A stretch of DNA of 64,000 nucleotides from Candidatus Marinacidobacterium sp. (GCA_965204755.1 OZ242011.1:3712001-3776000), one strand, 5' to 3'. Numbered from the stretch's first letter, positions 39,405 through 49,698 are shown. Numbers and translations: made by a program. The notes: generated from the letters alone by a model not told the origin.

Positions 39405-42130
39405 GGATCGAGGCCGCGGCGGAGGTCGTAGAGCAGGTCGAGCGCCTCGCGGGGGGTGAGGGCGTCCGGATCGGTTCCCCGCAGGCGCTCGAGCAAGGGG
39501 TGGGGAGGCGCCGCGGCCGGGGGAGGCGCGGCCCGACCCGGCCGCGGCGCGGGAGGCGGCGACCGCCCTTCCGCCCCGAAGCCGCCCAGGCGCTCCGGGT
39601 CGAGGCCGTCCAGCACCTCCTTGGCGCGCTCGACCACCGCCGGGGGGATTCCGGCCAGCCGCGCGACCTGGATGCCGTAACTCCGCCGGGCGCCGCCGGC
39701 GGCGACCCGCCGCAGGAAGACGATCTCCTCCCCGTGCTCCCGGGCGGCCACATGGAAGTTCACCACGCCCGGTTCCGCCTCCGCCAGGCCCACCAGTTCG
39801 TGGTAGTGCGTCGCGAACAGGGTCTTCATCCGGAGGTTCGGGCGGCGGGCGATGTACTCCACGATGGCCCAGGCGAGCGAGAGCCCGTCGTAGGTCGCCG
39901 TGCCCCGTCCGACTTCGTCGAGCAGCACCAGGCTGTTCGGGGTGGCGTGGTGGAGGATGTGCGCGGTCTCCTCCATCTCGGTGAGGAAGGTGGATCGGCC
40001 CCGGGCGAGGTCGTCGGAAGCGCCGACCCGGGCGAAGACCCGGTCGCAGACCGGAAGCCGGGCGGCGGCGGCCGGCACGAAGCAGCCGGCCTGGGCCATG
40101 ATCTGGTGGAGCGCCGCCTGCCGGAGGAAGGTGGACTTCCCGCCCATGTTCGGGCCGGTCAGGATCATCAGGAAGCCGCGCCCGTCGAGGCTGAGGTCGT
40201 TCGGCACGAAACTGTCCGGGAGGAGCGCCTCCACGACCGGATGGCGGCCGGCCGAGACCTCGAGGTCGTAGCCGTCGTGGATCTCGGGTTTGACATAGCC
40301 GCGCCGGGAGGCGGTGTCCGCGAACGCCGCGGTCACATCGGCCTCCGCCACGGCGGCGGCGACCCGCAGCAGGTCGCCTCCGGCGGCGGCGACCTCGTCC
40401 ACGACCGCGGCGAAGAGTTCCGCTTCGATCTCGCCGATCCGCGCCTCCGCGCCGGTGAGGCGCTGCTCGAACGCCTTGAGTTCCTCGGTCACATACCGCT
40501 CGGCGTTCACCAGGGTCTGCCGGCGCACATAGTCCTCGGGAACCCGCGCGGCGTGGCCCTTGCCGATTTCGATGGTGTATCCGAAGACCTGGTTGTAGCG
40601 GATCCGGAGCGAGGCGACGCCGGTGCGGGCGCGCTCCCGGCCTTCCAGGTCGCGGATCGCCGATCGGCCGCTCGAGCGCAGCCGCCGAAGGTCGTCGAGT
40701 TCCGCGGAGACGCCCTCCCGGATCAGGCTCCCGGGTTCCCGAACCACCCCGGGAGCGTCTTCGGCGATCGTCCCGGTGATGCGGTCGGCGACCGCGCGGA
40801 CGCCGCCCAGCCGGCCGCGGAGGTCCGCGAGCACCGGGCTCTCCGCCGGGGCGATCTCCGCCTCCAGGCGTTCGGCGGCCAGGATCGCCTCGGTGATCTT
40901 GAGGTATTCGCGGGGGCCGGCGATGCGGAGCGCCGCGCGCGACGCCAGCCGCTCCAAGTCGGGACAGCCGGCGAGCGGCTCGGCGGCGCCGCCGGCCCAC
41001 TCGGACGAACCCCACTCCGCCACGGCGTCGAGCCGGGCCCGGATGGCCGCGGCGTCGAGGAGCGGTTGCGCCAGGCGGCGGCGGAGCAGCCGGGCGCCCA
41101 TGCCGGTGGCGGTCCGGTCGAGGGTGACCGCGAGCGTCGTCTTGCCCCCGTCGCTTCCCGGCGAGGAGAGCGGGGCGAAGAGTTCGAGGTTCCGCTGGGT
41201 CAGCGGGTCCATGACCAGGCGCCCGGAATTGGAGATCCGGCGAAGACCGGCGATGTGGTTCAGCCGGGTGCGCTGCGTCTCGGTCAGGTAGGTGATCGCC
41301 GCCCCGGCGGCACAGGTCGCCGCCGGGCAGTCCTCGACCCCGAACGCGTCCAGCGAGGAGGTGCCGAAGTGCCGGAGGAGCGCGTCGCGGGCGTGTTCGT
41401 GTTCGAACCAGAACCCGGGGCGGACGGTCCGGAGCGGCCCCTCCTCGCCTTCGGCGGCGAGCGGCAGCGGCGGCGGGACTTCTTCCGGGGAGAGGAGTTC
41501 GCGGGGACGGAAGGCGGCCATCAACTCCACGCACTCCCGCGCGCCGTCCTCGGCGTGGAATTCGGCGGCGCTGAAGTCGCCGGTCGAAAGATCCACGAAA
41601 GCCGCGCCCAGCGCCCGACGGTCCTTCGCGCCCCATTCGCAGGCCGCCATCAGGTAGGCGCCCTCCGCGCCTTCGAGGTAGTCCGGATCGAGGTAGGTCG
41701 AAGGCGTCACCACCCGGGTGATCCGCCGCCGCACCGGCCCCCGGCTCTTCCCGGCCGGCTCCACCTGTTCGCAGACCGCCACGCGGTAACCGGCGCGGAC
41801 GAGCCGCCCCAGGTAGCCCTCCGCGGCGTGGTGGGGGACCCCGGCCATCGGGATGGCGACGCGGCGCTGATCCTTCTGCCGCGAAGTGACCGCGATGTCG
41901 AGGACCTTCGCCGCCGTCAGCGCGTCGTCGTAGAACAACTCGTAGAAGTCACCCATCCGGAAGAACAGGAGCGCGTCGCTGGCTTCCCGCTTCATCTCCA
42001 GGTACTGGCGCATCGCCGGCGAGGGGGCGGCGCCGGTGTCCTCGGCCTCGCGGGCGGGCGACGGGGAGCGCGCCGGCCGCTCCGGGAAGAGCGGGCGGAA
42101 CGCCCGCGAAGTCGGATCCTTCTTCGTCAT
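39401..42130 (-). CDS. mutS: DNA mismatch repair protein MutS
   Basis: PAMRQY, FRMGDFYELF, TGPNMGGKST, STFLTEM, DEVGRGT, FATHYHEL, SYGIQVARLAG. Confidence 0.97.
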   Translation of the reverse strand: MTKKDPTSRAFRPLFPERPARSPSPAREAEDTGAAPSPAMRQYLEMKREASDALLFFRMGDFYELFYDDALTAAKVLDIAVTSRQKDQRRVAIPMAGVPHHAAEGYLGRLVRAGYRVAVCEQVEPAGKSRGPVRRRITRVVTPSTYLDPDYLEGAEGAYLMAACEWGAKDRRALGAAFVDLSTGDFSAAEFHAEDGARECVELMAAFRPRELLSPEEVPPPLPLAAEGEEGPLRTVRPGFWFEHEHARDALLRHFGTSSLDAFGVEDCPAATCAAGAAITYLTETQRTRLNHIAGLRRISNSGRLVMDPLTQRNLELFAPLSSPGSDGGKTTLAVTLDRTATGMGARLLRRRLAQPLLDAAAIRARLDAVAEWGSSEWAGGAAEPLAGCPDLERLASRAALRIAGPREYLKITEAILAAERLEAEIAPAESPVLADLRGRLGGVRAVADRITGTIAEDAPGVVREPGSLIREGVSAELDDLRRLRSSGRSAIRDLEGRERARTGVASLRIRYNQVFGYTIEIGKGHAARVPEDYVRRQTLVNAERYVTEELKAFEQRLTGAEARIGEIEAELFAAVVDEVAAAGGDLLRVAAAVAEADVTAAFADTASRRGYVKPEIHDGYDLEVSAGRHPVVEALLPDSFVPNDLSLDGRGFLMILTGPNMGGKSTFLRQAALHQIMAQAGCFVPAAAARLPVCDRVFARVGASDDLARGRSTFLTEMEETAHILHHATPNSLVLLDEVGRGTATYDGLSLAWAIVEYIARRPNLRMKTLFATHYHELVGLAEAEPGVVNFHVAAREHGEEIVFLRRVAAGGARRSYGIQVARLAGIPPAVVERAKEVLDGLDPERLGGFGAEGRSPPPAPRPGRAAPPPAAAPPHPLLERLRGTDPDALTPREALDLLYDLRRGLDP

Positions 42131-42376
42131 GGGGGAATGAGGCGGTCGGGACGCCCGGAAGGCGCCCCGAGCGTCCCCGGCGGCGGGAGCGGCGATCCGG
42201 CGAGGTGGGCGTACACGGGAGGCGGCGGTCGGGCGGGAGATGCGATTCTGCCCGAAATGCAGCGCCCTCCCGCAAACGCGACCGGAGCGGGGCGGCGAGG
42301 CGGCGAGCGCGGGGCCGACCGCTCGCCGTCGGCCGTTCTCGAGCGCCGGAGGAAATCTCCTCCGGCGGAGCGACCT

Positions 42377-42382
42377 TAGGAT
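42377..42382 (+). promoter_or_regulatory. Putative -10 element of a leaderless tsaB transcript
   Basis: TAGGAT 6 nt upstream of GTG 42389, leaving no room for an SD. Confidence 0.4.
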
Positions 42383-42388
42383 TCGCCC

Positions 42389-43207
42389 GTGAAGGAGAGC
42401 GGCGAGGGCGGGGGGCCGGTGCTCGCGTTCGACACGACCGGCTCTCCCGGCAGCGTCGCCGTCCTGCCGGCGGCGGCCGCGTCGCGGGCGTTTTCCGCCG
42501 AGGACTTCGGGGTCTCGGTCGAGGTCCTCGAACCGGCGCGAGCCCACGCCCGGAACCTCCTCCCGGCGATCCGCCGTCTGCTCGACGCCGCTTCCTCCGG
42601 AGGCGCGAGCCGTCCGCCGCCCGATCCGGCTGCTGCTGCCGGAGGCCCGTTGGCCGGGGTCGGGCTGCTGGCGGCAACCCGGGGGCCGGGCTCGTTCACC
42701 GGGCTGCGCGTCGGCTTGGCGACGCTGGGCGGTCTGGCGGCGGCCTCCGGTGTCCCGGCGGTCCCGGTGTCCGCGCTCGACGCCGCCGCCCTGACCGACA
42801 CCTTGGACGAGCCTCGCCCGCGGGAGCGTCGACTGGTCGTCGTGGACGCCCTCCGCGGGGAACTGTTCGCCGCGGCGTACGAAACCGGGGCAGGGAACGG
42901 GGGGGACCGCCGCGAGCCGATCCGCCCGGCGGGCGAACCCTTCCGGCTCCGGCCCGCCGCCGCGGGCGAGGCCGCCCGGCGCCTCGGGGCGAGCCGCATC
43001 GCCGGCCCCGGAGCGCTCCGGTATCGGGAGGAACTGCTCGCCTCGGCGGGCATCGGCGTCGAAGTGGCGGAGACCGCCCGCCCCCTTGCTCCGGCGGCCG
43101 CCCGCCTCGCGCTTCGGGCCCTCGCAGCCGGCCGGGAGTCGGCGGTCGGCAGGCTGCGGCCGCTCTATCTCCGCCCCCCGGACATCCACGGCTCCCGAAG
43201 CCGCTGA
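42389..43207 (+). CDS. tsaB: tRNA threonylcarbamoyladenosine biosynthesis protein TsaB
   Basis: LAFDTT, HARNLLPAI, GPGSFTGLRVG, DALRGELF, PLYLRPPD. Confidence 0.92.
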   Translation: MKESGEGGGPVLAFDTTGSPGSVAVLPAAAASRAFSAEDFGVSVEVLEPARAHARNLLPAIRRLLDAASSGGASRPPPDPAAAAGGPLAGVGLLAATRGPGSFTGLRVGLATLGGLAAASGVPAVPVSALDAAALTDTLDEPRPRERRLVVVDALRGELFAAAYETGAGNGGDRREPIRPAGEPFRLRPAAAGEAARRLGASRIAGPGALRYREELLASAGIGVEVAETARPLAPAAARLALRALAAGRESAVGRLRPLYLRPPDIHGSRSR

Positions 43208-43295
43208 CCGGCGGTGGGGAGAGACCGGGGAGCGTCCGTCGGCGCGAGACGCCGACCGGGGAGGGCGCCCCGCCGCGAAACCGGACGGGGATTTC
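43204..43295 (-). repeat. Degenerate, internally deleted copy of the MITE-like element
   Basis: Reverse complement reads GGTTTCGCGGCGGGGCGC-CCTCCCCGGTCGGCG..CGCGCCGACGG..GCTCCCCGG.CT, matching two separate segments of 35636-35856. Confidence 0.7.
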
Positions 43296-43415
43296 GGGGC
43301 CTTTCCGGTAGTGGAGCGGAGGGCGGGGCGCTCTCCCCGCGGGCTGCTACGCTACGCATCCGTCGCGTGTGATCGCCGGCTTGAGTTCCGTTCCGCCCGT
43401 TTTCCGGAGGCGCCC

Positions 43416-43667
43416 ATGAGTTCGTCCGAATCCCTCCCGGCAGAAGCCGAGCCCCAACGGCCGCCCGTCCCGTCGTCCGGGGAGTCGCCCCGGCCCGGGA
43501 CGGACCTCGACGAGTTGATCCGCCAGCACCGCGAGTTGGACGACCGGCTCCAGGAGATGGCCCGGCGCCGCTCCCTCACCCCCGAGGAACAGCACGAGGC
43601 GGCGGTGATGAAGAAGCGGAAACTGGCGCTCAAGGACCGGATCGCGGCGCTGACCGCTTCGGCCTGA
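43416..43667 (+). CDS. DUF465 (YdcH-like) small coiled-coil protein
   Basis: GGAGG RBS; LIRQHRELDDRL...MKKRKLALKDRI. Confidence 0.8.
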   Translation: MSSSESLPAEAEPQRPPVPSSGESPRPGTDLDELIRQHRELDDRLQEMARRRSLTPEEQHEAAVMKKRKLALKDRIAALTASA

Positions 43668-43694
43668 CCGGGGGCTCCGGGAAGGGGTCGCGCC

Positions 43695-44336
43695 ATGAGG
43701 CTGCCGTTCGCTCGGGAAGGCGCGCCGTTCATCGCCGCCCCCGCGGCGTTCGCCCTCCTCGCCGCCGCTTTCGGCCTCCTTTCGGGAGAGGCCGTCCTTC
43801 TCGGGGCGGCAGCCGCTCTCGCGGCGGCGGCGGCGCTGTGCGCGTTCTTCTTTCGCGATCCGGAGCGGCGACCGCCGGATCGCGAGGACGCGGTGGTCGC
43901 CCCCGCCGACGGACGGGTGACCGCGGTGACCGGCGGCGACAGCGGCGGTCCGGGACACCGGGTGAGCATCTTCCTCTCGCTCTTCGATGTCCATGTGAAC
44001 CGGTCGCCGGCCGCAGGCCGGGTCGCTTCGGTCACTTACCGGCCCGGCGCCTTCCGCGCCGCCTTCCGGGCGGACGCGGCCGAGCGGAACGAGCGGAACG
44101 AATTGGAGATCGAGTGCGGCCGGGGCCCTCTCCGCGTCCGGCAGATCGCCGGCGTGGTGGCGCGGCGCATCGTGTGCCGGGCGGCGCCAGGGGAGCGCCT
44201 GCGGCGGGGCGAGCGTTTCGGGCTCATCCGCTTCGGCTCGCGGGCGGAGGTGCTGCTCCCCCCGGATTGCCGACCGACCGTGCGGCCCGGAGACCGGGTC
44301 CGGGGCGGCGAGACCGTGATCGCCCTCTGGTCGTGA
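43695..44336 (+). CDS. psd: Phosphatidylserine decarboxylase proenzyme
   Basis: FFRDPER, APADG, IFLSLFDVHVNRSP, NERN, QIAG..ARRI, IRFGS cleavage motif. Confidence 0.93.
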   Translation: MRLPFAREGAPFIAAPAAFALLAAAFGLLSGEAVLLGAAAALAAAAALCAFFFRDPERRPPDREDAVVAPADGRVTAVTGGDSGGPGHRVSIFLSLFDVHVNRSPAAGRVASVTYRPGAFRAAFRADAAERNERNELEIECGRGPLRVRQIAGVVARRIVCRAAPGERLRRGERFGLIRFGSRAEVLLPPDCRPTVRPGDRVRGGETVIALWS

Positions 44337-45097
44337 AGCGGCGCGGGCTCCGCACGCGCCGCGGCGTCTTCGTCCTGCCGGCGCTGTTCACCGTCTCCAA
44401 CATCTTCTTCGGGGTCTTCTCGATCATCCGGAGCGTCTCCGGCGACCCCGGGGGCGCGGCGCTCGCCATCGGGTTCGCCATCCTCGCGGACCTGGTGGAC
44501 GGGCGGGTGGCCCGCTTCGCCGCCGCCACCAGCGACTTCGGACGGGAACTCGATTCCCTCGCGGACATGTGCTCGTTCGGCGTGGCCCCCGCGGTGCTCG
44601 CCCATGTCTGGAGCCTCCACCGTTGGGACCAGACCGGCTGGTTGGTGGCGGCCCTGTTCGTGATCTGCGCGGCGATCCGCCTCGCTCGATTCAATGTCGG
44701 CCGCCTGGACTCCGACCCGCGGTTCTACACGGGCCTGCCCAGCCCCGCGGCGGCGGCGGTGGTCGGGGCGGTGGTCTATGCCAGCCCGGAGACCCCCGCC
44801 GGCGACGCGGCGGCGGCGGCCGCCCTCGCCGGGGCGGTGGCCCTGGCGCTGCTCATGAACAGTCCGGTGCGCTTCCTGAGTTTCAAGGCGCTGACCGGGC
44901 GGCGCCCGCACTCGCACCGAACGCTGGTGGTCGTCGCCGCGTTCATCGTGGCCGCGGTCGCGGAGCCGGTAGTCATGTTCCTGTTCCTCGCCGGGGGCTA
45001 CGCGCTCCATCCGCTGGGCCGGGGGGCGCTCCGACTGGCCCGCCCGCGCCGCTCCTCCGTCCGGCGCCCCGCGGCGGAGGAGCCGTCGAGCCGCTGA
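44333..45097 (+). CDS. pssA: CDP-diacylglycerol--serine O-phosphatidyltransferase
   Basis: LPALFT, DLVDGRVAR...FGRELDSLAD..SFGVAP, RLARFN, GLPSPAAA; GTGA overlap with psd. Confidence 0.93.
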   Translation: MKRRGLRTRRGVFVLPALFTVSNIFFGVFSIIRSVSGDPGGAALAIGFAILADLVDGRVARFAAATSDFGRELDSLADMCSFGVAPAVLAHVWSLHRWDQTGWLVAALFVICAAIRLARFNVGRLDSDPRFYTGLPSPAAAAVVGAVVYASPETPAGDAAAAAALAGAVALALLMNSPVRFLSFKALTGRRPHSHRTLVVVAAFIVAAVAEPVVMFLFLAGGYALHPLGRGALRLARPRRSSVRRPAAEEPSSR

Positions 45098-45118
45098 GCG
45101 GTCCCGGCCCGCCGGCCG

Positions 45119-45586
45119 TCAGCGCGTCCAGATACTGAGTTCGCGGAGGCGCCAGCCGCCGCCGGCGTCCGGGGTCTCGCGTCCCAGCCCGATGCGGAAA
45201 CGCTCGGTGAGCATCCGGTCTTCGCCGAGCGCCATGCTCGTCCACTCGGGAGACAGGAGGACATAGTTCCCGTCGGGAGCGTGGTGGATGGAGTCCGGGC
45301 GTTCCCGCCAGGCGAGCGGGGCGCGGTCGCGGAACAGGCGGGTGAGCCGGCGGCGCAACTCCGGGCCCGCGGCGCTCCGGGCGGGTTCTCCGGCGAAGGC
45401 GGCGACGGTCCAGTCGTCCGGGTAGAGGCCGTCGAGCCGCGCCGCATCGCCGCGCTCGAACGCCTCGCGCAACCGGCCGAGCGCGTCTTCGAGCGTTTCG
45501 GGAGGCGCCGCGCCGCCCGTCCCGACTCCGCAGGAGCACGCCAGCGCCGCGGAAATCGCGAGCGCGGCCGCGAGGGACGCCCTCAT
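45119..45586 (-). CDS. Hypothetical lipoprotein (possibly NTF2/SnoaL-like fold)
   Basis: Signal peptide with ALAC lipobox; LREAFERGDAARLDGLY...GGWRL pattern; ATGA overlap with the kinase stop. Confidence 0.65.
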   Translation of the reverse strand: MRASLAAALAISAALACSCGVGTGGAAPPETLEDALGRLREAFERGDAARLDGLYPDDWTVAAFAGEPARSAAGPELRRRLTRLFRDRAPLAWRERPDSIHHAPDGNYVLLSPEWTSMALGEDRMLTERFRIGLGRETPDAGGGWRLRELSIWTR

Positions 45587-48500
45587 GGATCGCCGCCCTC
45601 TTCGTTCGGCCGGAAACGGGGGAACAGCACCGTGATCACGAGGCCCCGGCGGCCGTCGGCCCGCGGTCCGGCGCTGATCCGTCCGCCGTGGGCTTCGGCG
45701 AAGCGGCGCGCGTTCGCGAGGCCGAGTCCGGAACCGCGGGTGCGGGTGGAGAAAGCCGCGTCGAAGATCCGTTCGCGGAGTTCTTCCGGGACGCCCGGCC
45801 CGCGGTCCTCGACTTCGAGCCGCGCCCGGTCCGAAGCCGGGTCCGAGCGCACCCGCAGGACGATTTCGGTCTCCTCTTCCGGGTTCTCGCCGCGGAGATC
45901 CGCGGTCGCCTCAACGGCGTTCTGGAGGAGGTTCTCGACGAGGCGGGAGACGATTTCGGGGTCGGCGCGCACGAGCGCGGGCGCCGGCGCCCGGCAGACC
46001 ACCCGCGGCTTGGACGCCCGCTCCCACGGTCTCGCGGTGGCCCGCACCAGTTCCGCCAGGTCGAGGATCTCGAGTCGGAGCGGGGCGCCGACGGCGGAGA
46101 ACTCGGAGGAGATCCGGCGCAGGCGGCGGACCTGCCCCAGGATGTCGTCCACGCTCTCGTCCACCGCGCTCGCCGGGTCCCGGTCGCGCGGGTCGCGGAG
46201 CACCCGGCGGATGTAGTCGGCGGAGATCCCGATCGGCGCCAGGGCGTTCCGGATGTCGTGCGCGACGCGCCGGGTGAGGTCGGCCGCGGCCTCCTCGCGC
46301 ATCCGCCGCCGCACCGAGGGGACCCGGCGGGCGAGGCGCTCCACGCTGGCGCCCAGGATGCGCAGTTCGTCCACCGCGCCGTGGAGCGGCTCGGCGCTGG
46401 CGGCTCGGCCCTCGGCGATCTGCCGGGTCGCGTGCGAGAGCCGCCGGACCGGCGCCGCGATGCGCCGGGCGACGAAGCCGGGCAGGAGAACGGCGAACAC
46501 GAGCGCCACCGAGCCGCTGCCGAACAGGAGCGCCCGCTGCATGGCCCGGACGCCGGCGGTCCGCGTTTCCTCGTCCGCGGGGAGCGGCACGGCGAGGAAG
46601 GCCGGCGCCCGGTCGGCGGCAGCCGGGACCGGCATCCAGGCGATGCGGTAACGGAACGCGCCGGCGTCCCGAAGCCGGAGGAGCGGCGCGGGAGGGCCGA
46701 ACGCCGTCTCCGGCGGCGGGCGGGACGGCAGGAGTCCGCCGGGAAGGAGTTCGGGGCGGCTGGCGGCGACCAGCCGACCGTCGGCGTAGAGGGCGGCGTC
46801 GGCGGCGACCTGGTCGGCGGCGTGGGCGAGCCGGGACGACAACTCCTCGCCGCCCGCCTCGAGATCCAGCGCGCCGAGTTCCGAGGCGATCCGCGCCGCG
46901 GTCTCGGCGAGCGCGAGCGCCTCCTCGGCGCGGGCCTCGTCCAGGAAAGCGGACAGCCGGCGTTCCACGAATACGGCGAGGCCGAGGATGGCGATCAGGA
47001 CGGCGCCGGCGACCGCTTCCGTGAGTTGCATCCGCAGGCTGCGCCGCCGCGGCCGGTCGGCGGCGCCGGGAGCGAGGAGGCGGAGGCGGGCGCCCAGCGC
47101 GGCGAGGAGCGCGAGGAGCGCGGCGAGGAAGAGCCAACCGGCGGCGCGCGCGGCGTGCCCGGCGGCGCCGATCTTGGGCCAGGAGATCGCGTAAGGACCG
47201 GCGGCGCCGCTGACCGCAGCCGAGTTCCGGCCCGGCGGAACCGGGACGCCCGCGGCGTGGAGCCGCAGGCCGCGCCGGGCCGAACCGCCGGAGAACACTC
47301 CGGGCGCGGCGCCGCCGGCGAGGTGGAAGTGGGCCGAAGTTCCCGCCGGGGGCGGGAGGAACGCCATCTCTTCCGGACGCGCGGCGGCGGTGAGGGTGAG
47401 TGAGTATCCGGAGGGATAGCGGCGGCGGGCGGTGATGGCCGCCGCTCCGGGCCCGCTCCCCGGAGGGGCCGCCGGCGGGTTGGCGCAGCCGTCGAGGCCC
47501 GTCCACTCCGGGGGGGCGGGCGAGGAGTCCGGGGGCGCCGGCCTCCGGTCGAAGCCGACCCGGAACCGGGAGACGACGCCCTCCGGCCCCCGCGCCTCCA
47601 GCGCGCTCGCCGCCGGGGACCGCGCCAGTCCGGTGGTGAGCCACAGCCGGTAGGCGGTGTCTGGCCCCACCGAGTCGAGTCGCGGCAGTTCCTCGTCGAG
47701 TTGGCGCGCCGCTTCGGAAGCGGCGTAGCACACCGAGAGCGCGTGGCGCGCCGCGAGCCGCGGGACCGTCTCTTCGGCGTAACGCCGCCGGGCGCCTTCT
47801 TCCGCGAAATGGAGGGCCGGGTAGAGCAGCAGCGCGGGGAAGGCGAACAGGAGGAAGGCCAGGGCGAAGGCGTAGCCGGGCTGGTGGGCGAGGAGCGGGC
47901 GGCGGAGCCCGCGGAGCGCGAGCCGCCCGCGGGAGGTCGAGACCGCGAGCCAGGCCCCGAACAGCGGCAGGACGGCGGCGGCGGCCGGGCCGGGAGAGAT
48001 CAGGAGGGCGGACAGCCCGAGGACGGCGAGGGCGGCGGCGGTGGCGAGCCGCTCGCGGCGCAACAGCCGCGCCGCCGCGAGGGCGCCGGCGCTCGCGGTG
48101 AGGAGCAGGGCCGTCCAGGCCGCGATCTCCACGAGGCCGGTCTCGAGTTCCCAGACCGGTGCGAGCGGGAGGCTGCCCACGCGGCCGGCGAAGACGCCGG
48201 GGACGGCGGCGAGGAGGCAGAGGGCGCCGGCGGCCGCGCCGCGGGTGGCCAGGTAGGGGGCGCCCCGGGAACCGAACCGCGGTCGGCGCCCCGGAATCCA
48301 GGTCGCGAGGACCCGGGCGGAGAGGAAGACCGCGACCGCGGTGAGGAGCGAGTCCAGCGGCGTCTCCGCCAACCCGGGCAGCGGCAGCGGCAGCGGCAGC
48401 GCGCCGGACGCCGGAGAGAGGAGACCGGAGACCCCGGGGATGGCGCTGAACCGGGCGGCGCCGGTGTCGAAGAGGACGCCGAGCGCCAGCCGGAGTGACC

Positions 48501-49653
48501 AGATCCGGACCAAACTCGCTCCCGGGTCGGGGATGGCCGCCGCTCGGGAGGGGCGGGCCCCCGCCGGGGCGAGCCCGGCCGCCGCGGCGACGATCGCCCC
48601 CGCCAGCAGCGCGAGCGAAGCGAAGAACGCCGCTTCCGCCCGCCGTTCCCGGAGTTTGGCGGCGACCGGGGCGACGGCGGTGTTCGCGGCGCCGAGCAAC
48701 TGCCCGTCGTAGGCGCGGAGGGCGAAGAAGTACCGCTCCGCGCCGGCCGGCCCGTCGAGGAACGACTCTCCCCGGCGGTCGAACAGGCGGGTGAGCGCCT
48801 CCGGCGCCTCCCCGGCGCGGAGCAGTTGGATCTCCATGCTCCGCCCCGCCGCCGCTTCGACGGCCGAGACCGGGCGGATCCCGGAGGCGGGGGCGGGCGT
48901 CCCGGTGATCGGGAGTTCCACGGTGACCAGGCCGAGCCCGTTCCTCAGGCACTCGGCGGCCAGGAGCCAGCGCCGCGCCCCCTGTTCGTAGGTGGTGAAG
49001 AGCGGGAGGGCCGGATCCGGGCAGTCGTCCTCGGTGACGCCTTCCGGGAACAGGCGCTCGAGCAGCGGGCCGAGGTCGGGGCCGCCGCCCGACCAGACCA
49101 CCGGCTCCAGGCGGCGGTCGTACAGGGCCGCTTCGGCCGGGCCGGCCGCGCCCCGCGGAAGGGGCCAGGCGGAGAGCGCCCGCCACGCGGCCCCGTCCAG
49201 GTCGGGCAGGTCGGAGCCTTCCACGGCCGCGGCGAGCCGGGGCGCGCGGGCGAGCAGGTAGGCGGCGTCGCCGATCTCGCGGGTCTTCTCCGAAAGCCAG
49301 AGACCGGCGCGCTCGGCGGCGCGTTCCGCGGCGCCGGGCCCGGCGGTCGGCGCCCGCTCGAGCGGCAGCCGGCAGGCGAGGGCGGCGAGCGAAGCCAGCG
49401 GCAGCGCGAGCGCCGCTGTCCGGGGGAAGCGGATTCCTCCGTTCCCCGCCGGCCGCGACGCGGTCTTTCCCGCGGAAACTCCGATTCGGAGGCACCAGAC
49501 GGCGCCGGCGGCGAAGATCGTCCAGTGGAGCGCCGCCGGGTGTCCGAAGCGGTCGGACACCGCCACCACGGCGAAGAGGAAGACGAGTTGGGTCGCCGCC
49601 CGGCGGGCGCGCGGGCTTCCGAGCCCGCGGCGCGCGGCGGCGAGGAAGGGCAC
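45583..49653 (-). CDS. Large multi-pass membrane sensor histidine kinase (NtrY-like C-terminus, HAMP)
   Basis: Many TM segments; HAMP (RIAAPVRRLSHATRQIAEG); H-box VAHDIRNAL, N-box NLLQNA, EDRGPG, GSGLGL. Start (GTG 49653) tentative. Confidence 0.85.
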   Translation of the reverse strand: MPFLAAARRGLGSPRARRAATQLVFLFAVVAVSDRFGHPAALHWTIFAAGAVWCLRIGVSAGKTASRPAGNGGIRFPRTAALALPLASLAALACRLPLERAPTAGPGAAERAAERAGLWLSEKTREIGDAAYLLARAPRLAAAVEGSDLPDLDGAAWRALSAWPLPRGAAGPAEAALYDRRLEPVVWSGGGPDLGPLLERLFPEGVTEDDCPDPALPLFTTYEQGARRWLLAAECLRNGLGLVTVELPITGTPAPASGIRPVSAVEAAAGRSMEIQLLRAGEAPEALTRLFDRRGESFLDGPAGAERYFFALRAYDGQLLGAANTAVAPVAAKLRERRAEAAFFASLALLAGAIVAAAAGLAPAGARPSRAAAIPDPGASLVRIWSLRLALGVLFDTGAARFSAIPGVSGLLSPASGALPLPLPLPGLAETPLDSLLTAVAVFLSARVLATWIPGRRPRFGSRGAPYLATRGAAAGALCLLAAVPGVFAGRVGSLPLAPVWELETGLVEIAAWTALLLTASAGALAAARLLRRERLATAAALAVLGLSALLISPGPAAAAVLPLFGAWLAVSTSRGRLALRGLRRPLLAHQPGYAFALAFLLFAFPALLLYPALHFAEEGARRRYAEETVPRLAARHALSVCYAASEAARQLDEELPRLDSVGPDTAYRLWLTTGLARSPAASALEARGPEGVVSRFRVGFDRRPAPPDSSPAPPEWTGLDGCANPPAAPPGSGPGAAAITARRRYPSGYSLTLTAAARPEEMAFLPPPAGTSAHFHLAGGAAPGVFSGGSARRGLRLHAAGVPVPPGRNSAAVSGAAGPYAISWPKIGAAGHAARAAGWLFLAALLALLAALGARLRLLAPGAADRPRRRSLRMQLTEAVAGAVLIAILGLAVFVERRLSAFLDEARAEEALALAETAARIASELGALDLEAGGEELSSRLAHAADQVAADAALYADGRLVAASRPELLPGGLLPSRPPPETAFGPPAPLLRLRDAGAFRYRIAWMPVPAAADRAPAFLAVPLPADEETRTAGVRAMQRALLFGSGSVALVFAVLLPGFVARRIAAPVRRLSHATRQIAEGRAASAEPLHGAVDELRILGASVERLARRVPSVRRRMREEAAADLTRRVAHDIRNALAPIGISADYIRRVLRDPRDRDPASAVDESVDDILGQVRRLRRISSEFSAVGAPLRLEILDLAELVRATARPWERASKPRVVCRAPAPALVRADPEIVSRLVENLLQNAVEATADLRGENPEEETEIVLRVRSDPASDRARLEVEDRGPGVPEELRERIFDAAFSTRTRGSGLGLANARRFAEAHGGRISAGPRADGRRGLVITVLFPRFRPNEEGGDP

Positions 49654-49698
49654 GACAGACGGGAAACGGGCGGGAGAGGCGGGGGACTCGGCCGGAGG

